Assembly: GCA_002898295.1 (NCBI GenBank) | Contig: BEHX01000005.1 | Span: 11,642 to 75,641 of the forward strand | DNA: 64,000 nucleotides | Source: a bacterium HR21 | GTDB lineage: Bacteria; Bacteroidota; Ignavibacteria; Kapaibacteriales; HRBIN21 | Direction: 5' to 3' | In this document: piece after piece, positions 56,975-64,000 of the stretch | How the letters are laid out: the number at the start of each line of letters is the position of its first letter | How positions within the stretch are numbered: the first letter of the stretch is position 1 | Position numbers and translations under genes: made by a program | The notes under the pieces: generated by a model | The model's input: the letters and a program-made list of their open reading frames with translations, nothing else | Told to the model about the DNA's origin: nothing | The model's database searches: none

Positions 56975-59776
56975 TTACGGGCTACGATAGCCAATGCTGA
57001 GATTGAGTGTCCGAGGTTCCAGGCGCCGGAAGACTTCCACGCCGCCCTGCTCCCAGCGGACAGGAAGTCCCAGCAGATTTTTCGCCGACAGGCTTACCGT
57101 AAGTCCTGCCAGTAAGGGCTGCCGGTAGACGAGGTCCAGTAGATCGCGAGGCTGCTCGTACACGTGGGGGTCCGGGAAACTGTATTGCTCGACCTGTGCG
57201 ACTTTGACAATCCGACTCCCGATGCGGTTCCACACAAGGCTCAGCTCCCCTTTCCAGGGAGTCTGCCATAGCACGCCGAGGTTGATCCCGTAAGGGGATT
57301 GCCCCCAGAGCGGGCGCTCGACGATGAGTCCACCGCTGCGAACACCAACACGCCCGTGAACCAGACTGAGGTTGCCGAAGAGCACCACACCCTGTGCCCA
57401 TGTGCCGAGCATGACCAGCCTTTTACGCACCTCCAGCTCAATGCCCCAGAGCTGCGCTGGCTCAACGGCATTGGCAAAGGTGCGCGTCAGCTCACTTTGC
57501 TGAGGGAAGATGGTCTCCTCGAGCGCGTTAGCAATGCGCTTGGTAAAGACTCCGACGCTGAGAAGCTCGCCGACCGTGGGATACCACTCCCACCGCAGTT
57601 CGGCATTCCAAGCATCGGCAGGCGTCAGCAGAGGATTGCCCTGGACGAGCTCCTGCTCTGCCACATCGAAGAAGGCAAAGGGCGCCAGTTCTCGGAACAC
57701 CGGTCGGGTAACCGAGCGGTAGAGCCCTCCGCGCAGGAACATCTCTTCCCGTCTCAGCTGGAGGCTTGCCGTCACTGTCGGCAGCCAGGAGAGCCAGCGT
57801 CGGTTTGTTTCCACCGGCTGCTCGTTGACCAGGTGGCTCGATAAGCCCTGCTGCGCCAGCTCCGCCCGCACCCCGAAAGCAATCCGTGCCGGAAGCGCTC
57901 CCAGCTCAAGAGGCAGCTCTACGGTAGCAAACGTTGACCACACCTGCTCCGTTGCCCGGTAAGAGTCGCTGAGCTTCGTGTCCTCGGAGATCCCCAGACC
58001 ATCTGCCCGGAAGTTTTCCGGACGCAGTAATTCCTCCGGAGGCAGCGTGAAATCAACGTTGTAAGCCCCACCACGAGCTTGGATCAGGGCGAAGGAACGC
58101 GCCGTGAAACGCCGCCACCGTTGTTCCGCAGTGAAGCCAACCCGGAGAGTTCCGAAGGCGAGGGGGAGCCGTCCGGCAAGCCGAGCGGAAAAGGTCTTCT
58201 CGAGCAGGTCCGTAAAGAGACGTCCGGCGCGTGTACCATCTCCCTGCTGTGTTGCCGGGATTTCGGCGATGAAGGGCTCGGCAGGATCGCCGTAGAGCTG
58301 GCGCTGATACCGGAGGCGGCGGAAGTCAGGCTGCTGCTGCCGTCCTTCGCTCCGCCCGAGCGCCCATTCGAAGGCGTAGCCGTCGAGTGCATGGTGACCG
58401 CTAAGCTGGAGGTTCCAGAGCTGGTACTGCTCGGGGTGGTAGACGTAGTGGCGCATCTGCAAGAACTGATATCCCAGGTCAGCTCCCTGGAGGAAGAGGA
58501 AGCGATCCGTAAAGCTGCGGCTCAACAGGCTCTGGACTCGCAGCTGGTGCTCGCCGGAGAAGCGGTAGCCGAGGTTGAGCAAGGCTCCGAGGGTGGTCTT
58601 CCGCACGCTCTCAATCCCCTCGTGGCTGGAGAGCAGCGAACGGTCGTAGAGGAGCCCGCGCCAGAGCACATCGTTGACAGTTGCCGAGCGGCTGTAGGTA
58701 AGGACACCGACACCGCCAAACTCGCTCTGCTCCCCTGTCTGCATGCGCCATCCGCCGGCAAGGTGGAAATCCGGCAGGAGGTTGACCATCCCGGTATCCC
58801 GGCGCCATATCTCCGAATTGAATGCCCGCCCGAGCGCAACCCAGCGCTGGCGCGCCCCAGTGGTGTCATAAGGATTCCACACCGCCTGGAGAAGGGCATT
58901 CATTTCCTGCCGTGAGTTCGGCGCCTGAGCTGGAAGGCGCCGCCAGCGGTCATCCCATCCCAGCCAATCCCGAGGACCACCGGGATAGTGGACATACCCC
59001 TGCCGGTGGAAACTCAGCCCAACAATGTACGGGCTGCCAATGCTGAGGCGCCAGAACGAGCGCTCGGGGAGCTCCGTCGTCTGGAATCCGACAACCGCTC
59101 CTGTAGCAGCCGGGAGCTCTGCTGTAGGAGCCTTGGTGACTGCAACCTGTTCGAGAATCTCCGTCGGGAAAAGCTCCAGGAGGAGCGCCCGCCGATCCGG
59201 CTCCGTCATCGCAACTGCTGCTCCATCGAGCAGCACTGTGCTGTAGCGCTCATTTGTCCCACGGACCATGAGGTACTTGCCTTCCATGACCGCCACGCTG
59301 CTAATGCGGCGCAGGACCTGCCCGGCATCGGCATCGCCGGAGATGCGCATCTGTTCTGCCGCAGTAACATCCATCACCGCTGTTGCCGACCTCCGGACGC
59401 TCAGCGCTGCCTCTACACTGCCCATCTGCCGGCGTGCTTCCACCACCACGCCGTGCATCTGGCGGACTGCAGGGTAGAGGCGAACAACAAGCTGGAGTGT
59501 GTCCCCACCGTGCACCATCAGCTGCTGCTCAGCCGCCGCATAGCCTACCATAGAGACCCGTACGCGGTAACTCCCAGGTCCGAGCTTCAAGCGGAATTCT
59601 CCCCGCAGGTCTGCAATTACCCCGACCGTATCGTGAGAAAGTGCCACAATGGTTGCTCGCCCGAGGCGCTCACCCGTTTCGGCATCCAGCACAGTCCCAC
59701 GCACCAGCCCTGGCTGTGCTTGGGCAACCACACCGGTCCAACTCAGCCAACCGAGTAGACAATAGACACTGCGCAT
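56975..59776 (-). CDS. outer-membrane beta-barrel protein, TonB-dependent-receptor-like with N-terminal carboxypeptidase-regulatory-like domain
   Basis: Start MRSVYCLLGWLSWTGVVAQAQ. N-term ...GTVLDAETGERLGRATIV...YRVRVSMVGYAAAEQ (CarbopepD_reg-like), then a plug-like region; ~700 aa of alternating beta-strand pattern; C-terminal ...LNLSIGYRSP (Y/F near the end). The 88-codon upstream extension is rejected. Confidence 0.7.
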   Translation of the reverse strand: MRSVYCLLGWLSWTGVVAQAQPGLVRGTVLDAETGERLGRATIVALSHDTVGVIADLRGEFRLKLGPGSYRVRVSMVGYAAAEQQLMVHGGDTLQLVVRLYPAVRQMHGVVVEARRQMGSVEAALSVRRSATAVMDVTAAEQMRISGDADAGQVLRRISSVAVMEGKYLMVRGTNERYSTVLLDGAAVAMTEPDRRALLLELFPTEILEQVAVTKAPTAELPAATGAVVGFQTTELPERSFWRLSIGSPYIVGLSFHRQGYVHYPGGPRDWLGWDDRWRRLPAQAPNSRQEMNALLQAVWNPYDTTGARQRWVALGRAFNSEIWRRDTGMVNLLPDFHLAGGWRMQTGEQSEFGGVGVLTYSRSATVNDVLWRGLLYDRSLLSSHEGIESVRKTTLGALLNLGYRFSGEHQLRVQSLLSRSFTDRFLFLQGADLGYQFLQMRHYVYHPEQYQLWNLQLSGHHALDGYAFEWALGRSEGRQQQPDFRRLRYQRQLYGDPAEPFIAEIPATQQGDGTRAGRLFTDLLEKTFSARLAGRLPLAFGTLRVGFTAEQRWRRFTARSFALIQARGGAYNVDFTLPPEELLRPENFRADGLGISEDTKLSDSYRATEQVWSTFATVELPLELGALPARIAFGVRAELAQQGLSSHLVNEQPVETNRRWLSWLPTVTASLQLRREEMFLRGGLYRSVTRPVFRELAPFAFFDVAEQELVQGNPLLTPADAWNAELRWEWYPTVGELLSVGVFTKRIANALEETIFPQQSELTRTFANAVEPAQLWGIELEVRKRLVMLGTWAQGVVLFGNLSLVHGRVGVRSGGLIVERPLWGQSPYGINLGVLWQTPWKGELSLVWNRIGSRIVKVAQVEQYSFPDPHVYEQPRDLLDLVYRQPLLAGLTVSLSAKNLLGLPVRWEQGGVEVFRRLEPRTLNLSIGYRSP

Positions 59777-59858
59777 CGGGAGACCCCACGGACATTGCTC
59801 TTCCCCTTTACCGGGTGCGAAACTCCCCCAGCAATGCAACGCACGTGTTACGCCGACT

Positions 59859-60785
59859 TTACGACTTGATAACCGAGGGCGGTATCGCTCCGGGTGAATA
59901 CGGACAGCGATGGCACTGCCACGTGTGGACAAACTCCGGCGGCTCCACTTGCAGCGAAACATGGGCAATTCCGAAGCGCTCCTCCAGCAGCGCCCGTGCC
60001 TGCGCAAGCAGCTCATCCCGATCCGCGCCAGGTCGGGCAACCAGATGGGCGCTCAGGAGCGACTCCACCGGCGTGATACACCAGACATGGAGGTCATGCA
60101 CATCCTGGACTCCCGGAAGTTGCCGCAGCACCGCTTCAAGTTCCAGCACGGGGACCGTCTTCGGGGACATCTCCAGGACAACCGACAGAGCTTCCCAGAG
60201 GAGGAGGAGCGCCTGCCGGGCAATAAAGCCGACGAGCACCAGCGATAGCACCGGATCGAGCCAGAGCGCTCCCGTCCACCACACCCCCAACGCAGCCCCA
60301 ATCACAGCCACTGAGGAGACGGCATCGCTCAGCGCATGCAAGTATGCTGCCCGAACGCTCAGACTCTCACCATGGTGCAGAAGCAGCGCAACAGCCACAT
60401 TCCCCAGCAATCCCAGGAGCGCTACGCCAAGCATCGGTTCGACTAATACCTGGCGGGGCACAAAGAGCCGATGCACTGCTTGCCAGACAATCCAGCCACA
60501 CACTCCCAACAGCAGCAAGGCGCTGCCGAGCGCGACGACAACCTCAATCCGGTGCAAGCCGTACGTGAAGCGAGAACCCGGCCGGAGCGGACGCGCAGCG
60601 ATGTGCAGAGCTAGCAGAGCCGCTCCAATGGCGAGGGAATCCGTCAGCACATGTCCGGTATCTGAGAGTAATGCCAGGCTGCCGGAGTACCATGCCCCAA
60701 GCGCCTGCCCCACAACAATCACCACCGTCAACGCGAGGGCTTGCCGCAGACGAGCTTGATCGGCACGGTATCGCGGGACGCTCAT
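59859..60785 (-). CDS. cation diffusion facilitator (CDF) family divalent-metal efflux transporter
   Basis: Start MSVPRYRADQ...; six TM helices with HxxxD pairs (SDTGHVLTDS, HALSDAVSS); C-terminal cytoplasmic domain ...VHDLHVWCI... Confidence 0.85.
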   Translation of the reverse strand: MSVPRYRADQARLRQALALTVVIVVGQALGAWYSGSLALLSDTGHVLTDSLAIGAALLALHIAARPLRPGSRFTYGLHRIEVVVALGSALLLLGVCGWIVWQAVHRLFVPRQVLVEPMLGVALLGLLGNVAVALLLHHGESLSVRAAYLHALSDAVSSVAVIGAALGVWWTGALWLDPVLSLVLVGFIARQALLLLWEALSVVLEMSPKTVPVLELEAVLRQLPGVQDVHDLHVWCITPVESLLSAHLVARPGADRDELLAQARALLEERFGIAHVSLQVEPPEFVHTWQCHRCPYSPGAIPPSVIKS

Positions 60786-60952
60786 CGCATCGCACCAGAG
60801 ACCCAACGCAGAGACGAACACCTCCGCTCTTCCGGCATAACTGCTAACTTCGTGCAGCGAAACCCGTACACTCTGCTGCTGGTATAACGGCACGCTACGG
60901 AAGGGGAGGGGCAGCCCTCACGACATGTCCGAGAGTACGGAAGGGGACACCG

Positions 60953-63900
60953 ATGCGGTGGATCATTGCCGTGGTAGCTACCTCCTCGAGCCTGCTGGCG
61001 CAGCTCAACGTAACTGTTTTGCTTCGCGACCCACTCCCAGCAGCAATCTCCAGCTGGCAGGAAGACCCGAGCATTGTCCGCTTGGTCATCACAGCCTCGG
61101 GTCCAACCCCGCCGTACCCGAATGCCGTCGTCGGCTTTGAACTCCGCGATGCTCGGACTCGCCGCCTCCTTGCCCGCTCTAAGGATGGGCACCCACGACA
61201 ACCCCGAGTTTCACTGCCTGCCGGTCCGATGAGCCTGACCCTCACAGGTCCGGATATCGTTGCTCAGGAAGCCGTCGAAATTGACCCAAGCATCGAGACG
61301 CAGGTGGCTGCAACAGGCTTCCTGCCTGAGGGAACCTACGAGTTCTGCGTCCGGCTGCTGGACGAGCGCCTCCAGCCAATTGCTGCTACAGGACAACTCT
61401 GCGCCACCGCCCGTTCCATTGTTCCAGACCCACCCGTGCTTCTAACCCCTCCGGATACCACCCGCCTGAGCACCCCAACCCCAGTGTTCAGCTGGACTCC
61501 CATCAATCCGGCACTCGGTCCGGTCCTCTATCGCCTACGGATCGTTCCGGTCTATCCGACACAGGACCGGCGCAGTGCCATAGACCGCAATACCCCCGTA
61601 TACGAGCAGCTTACTCCCACCACTTCCCTCCCGTATCCGACGACGGCTCCCGCATTTTCTCTCTACCCTGACGCCATTGCCTTTGCCTGGCAAGTCCAGG
61701 CACTGACTCCTGACGGGCGCCCGGCGGCTCGCAACGAAGGCAAGAGCAGCATCTTCCTCTTCTACCCGCCAGCACTCGGTCCGACCCTCCGCACAGGAGG
61801 CGCACAAGGCGAAGGCACCCGCACGATGGGTACTCCCAGCGCTCCTGGTGTCGGTGATACTGTCACCGTCTCGCTTGTCCGGCTCCCGGGCGGCTACCGA
61901 ATGTGGCTAATAACCCCCGTGCAGTGCCGGGTTGGTTCTCCGTGCACGATCGGACCAGGTGAGGCACTCATCTGGATCCCGTGGCTCAAAGACACGCTGC
62001 GGGTAAGCTTTTCCACCATCACCCTGACGGTCCCTGCCGGCGACACCGTCGCTCAGCTCAGTGGAGGAAGTATCCTCTCGAACTCCATCCGGGAACGCTT
62101 TCTGCGGACGGGAGCTGCTGCCGTAAGCCACCTCCTCCGGGTCTTGCAGTGGGAATTTACCTCTGGGACGGCTCGGGTCCGCGCCCGGGTTGTGGTAGAC
62201 TGGTCCAGTGCGCATTTCTCCTGCCGCAGCCGAGATTCTGTTGAATTCTGGGCGAATCTGACACTCTCCGGACCCTCTGCGGTAGGCATCAAACTGCCTA
62301 CCCAATGGGATTGCAGCGGCAGCGGGATGCTCCTCGGCGATTGCTTCTCCATCCGCTTTGACTCCGTTCTGGTCCATGCTCGCTTCGACACCACCTCGAA
62401 CACCTTCACCGGGCACCTAACAGTGGGCGGAAGGCTTACCCTGAGCTGCCTGAATCCAGCAGTAACCGCATACTTCTACCTCCGGCTCGATCGCGGTGGA
62501 GCGGACTTCTTGCTCACCCTCGTTGTCCCCGTCCGCTCTCAGCTCCTGGGGAGCCCGATTCGCCTTCACACCGACACGCTCGTGCTGGACCTGGCACAGG
62601 ACATCAACCCGGCGGGTTTCCCGCCTCCCGGGCTCTGCTCGCAGCCTGATTGGAGCTCGCCGACATGGCGCGGGATGTGGCTGCCTGGAGTGCGTCTCTT
62701 CGTGCCCATCGGGGACAATGACACGGTGGACTTCCGCGCCCGCAACGTGATCGCTGAGGACATCGGCGGGCAGCTCAAGCTCAGCCTCTCTGCCACTATG
62801 TCCACAACGGACACGATCGGCTTTGCCGGCTTTCGCGTCCGGATTGACACGGTGCGCGCTCGTTGGTGCCGCGGAGCCTTCCAGGAATTTGCCCTGCGAG
62901 GGCTTCTCATCCTGCCCCCTGGATTCCAGCGTCCCGCAAGCTGGGCACAGCTCGATAGCCTCTACCTCCGCTTCACCGCCGATGCAGCGTGGAACTGGAC
63001 AGCAACCCTGGACATCTACGGGCAGATCCAGCTCGACTTCGGCCCCTATGCCCGGCTGTTGCTGCAAAACGGGCGTCTCGCCCGCCTCGGTCCCGGCTCC
63101 GGGTACGTTGAATTCACCCTCATTCGCCTCCAGGCGCCCCCGACGAACCCCACGGCCTCGGTTGAATTCGGCGGACTGCGCATCTGGAACGACGGGCGCG
63201 TCGAGCTGGAAAGCGCAGAGGGCTGGATCAATCTCAGCCGTTGGGGGAATCTGACCATCGCTGGCATCACCATCCAGGTCCAGGAAGTTGGGCTCGGCTA
63301 CCACCAGCCCAGCGGAGCATGTAGCAGCAGCCAGAAACACTGGTGGGTAGGGCTAACCGGCGGTATCAGCATTGACGCTGCCTCCGGGCTGCCTGGGGGC
63401 GAGAACGGTGCCCGCGTCCGCCGACTCCGCATCTACGATAACCTCTGCATGACCAGTGAGGGTGCCGGTGTAGACATCTCTATCTCCGGGGTCTTCTCCC
63501 TCCGGGGCGACCTCCAGTGGGGCAACATCACCTACGGCTCTGGTTCCGGAAGCGTGACGGCGAACGGATTGCGGGGGAACCTCAGCGGGAGCTTCACCTG
63601 CCTCGGTGGACTGGAAGCCCAAGTCGACTTCGCTCTCGGCTCGGTAGGCAGCCCGCCGTACACTTTCTGGTTCATCCAAGGAGCCGCCGTTGTTCCTGGA
63701 GGAGTTCCCATTGTCCCGGGAGTCTTCCACCTGGTTGGCGGCATCGTTGGGGCAGGCTGGCATGTCCGACTCGACAACGTCAACCGGAACCAAATCAGCG
63801 AGACCTCCGGCATTGTCCCGCCCCCGCCGATTATACCCGACGCCAGCGCTGGACTGCTCCTGCGTGGCGGACTCGTCTTTGCCGACGCCTCTCTGCAGTT

Positions 63901-64000
63901 CTACCGCTTGACAGCTACCGGAACAGTCGCCCTCGGTTCTTCTCTGCAGCTGGGGCTTGACGCTGGCCTGGTCATTCTGCCGACTCTCCGCCTGGCAGAA
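60953..64000 (+). CDS. very large secreted hypothetical protein, 5' portion (>1015 aa, continues beyond window)
   Basis: Open frame from ATG 60953 to the window end without a stop; an in-frame stop lies upstream. Signal peptide MRWIIAVVATSSSLLAQ. Gly/Thr/Leu-rich beta-type composition; no catalytic motifs recognised. Absent from the ORF track because it is 3'-partial. Confidence 0.7.
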   Translation, partial: MRWIIAVVATSSSLLAQLNVTVLLRDPLPAAISSWQEDPSIVRLVITASGPTPPYPNAVVGFELRDARTRRLLARSKDGHPRQPRVSLPAGPMSLTLTGPDIVAQEAVEIDPSIETQVAATGFLPEGTYEFCVRLLDERLQPIAATGQLCATARSIVPDPPVLLTPPDTTRLSTPTPVFSWTPINPALGPVLYRLRIVPVYPTQDRRSAIDRNTPVYEQLTPTTSLPYPTTAPAFSLYPDAIAFAWQVQALTPDGRPAARNEGKSSIFLFYPPALGPTLRTGGAQGEGTRTMGTPSAPGVGDTVTVSLVRLPGGYRMWLITPVQCRVGSPCTIGPGEALIWIPWLKDTLRVSFSTITLTVPAGDTVAQLSGGSILSNSIRERFLRTGAAAVSHLLRVLQWEFTSGTARVRARVVVDWSSAHFSCRSRDSVEFWANLTLSGPSAVGIKLPTQWDCSGSGMLLGDCFSIRFDSVLVHARFDTTSNTFTGHLTVGGRLTLSCLNPAVTAYFYLRLDRGGADFLLTLVVPVRSQLLGSPIRLHTDTLVLDLAQDINPAGFPPPGLCSQPDWSSPTWRGMWLPGVRLFVPIGDNDTVDFRARNVIAEDIGGQLKLSLSATMSTTDTIGFAGFRVRIDTVRARWCRGAFQEFALRGLLILPPGFQRPASWAQLDSLYLRFTADAAWNWTATLDIYGQIQLDFGPYARLLLQNGRLARLGPGSGYVEFTLIRLQAPPTNPTASVEFGGLRIWNDGRVELESAEGWINLSRWGNLTIAGITIQVQEVGLGYHQPSGACSSSQKHWWVGLTGGISIDAASGLPGGENGARVRRLRIYDNLCMTSEGAGVDISISGVFSLRGDLQWGNITYGSGSGSVTANGLRGNLSGSFTCLGGLEAQVDFALGSVGSPPYTFWFIQGAAVVPGGVPIVPGVFHLVGGIVGAGWHVRLDNVNRNQISETSGIVPPPPIIPDASAGLLLRGGLVFADASLQFYRLTATGTVALGSSLQLGLDAGLVILPTLRLAE

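Noticed and set aside
54785-60900. Possible genomic island/prophage integrated at the tmRNA 3' end
   Set aside because: No integrase, no direct repeat of the tmRNA 3' end, and the downstream genes are ordinary envelope/transport genes of matching GC content.
1-64000. CRISPR arrays, IS elements, rRNA genes, tandem DNA repeats
   Set aside because: No regularly spaced direct repeats, terminal inverted repeats with transposase ORFs, or rRNA-like conserved stretches were seen on reading through the window.

Overview
This is a high-GC (~65%) bacterial chromosomal segment, densely coded on both strands, with no mobile elements, CRISPR arrays or rRNA visible. Several proteins end in T9SS-type C-terminal sorting domains, and flagellar genes and a tmRNA are present; this suggests (inference only) a Bacteroidota/Rhodothermota-like lineage. 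Main content, start to end: a partial VWA-domain gene; thiolase; a long suf Fe-S assembly operon (sufB-sufC-sufD-sufS-sufU, a Cys-less HesB-like/SufT fusion, 2Fe-2S ferredoxin, an internal Rrf2 regulator, sufA, then Fe/Mn superoxide dismutase); an OmpR-type response regulator translationally coupled to an APH-like kinase/P-loop ATPase fusion; a 1399-aa T9SS cargo protein with BNR-type repeats; nfi, rpsT, tRNA-Arg(ACG); a TPR protein; sucD, ndk; a three-gene overlapping module (two paralogous secreted proteins plus a membrane GAF-GAF-degenerate-GGDEF protein); rnr. On the minus strand: a site-2 protease, lysS, a class-V aminotransferase, an M1 aminopeptidase with a T9SS tail, murE, a lipoprotein, smc. 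Then an epimerase, phosphohexomutase, eno, pterin dehydratase, thioredoxin, a long-form isocitrate dehydrogenase, a small Cys-rich ORF with its own terminator, a cytoplasmic TPR-histidine kinase, motA, flgL, flgK, flgN, rsfS, argS, a tmRNA (ssrA, absent from the ORF track), a T9SS beta-helix protein, a TonB-dependent-like outer-membrane barrel, a CDF transporter, and a >1000-aa secreted protein running off the window end. Every functional call rests on reading the translated motifs; no database search was run.
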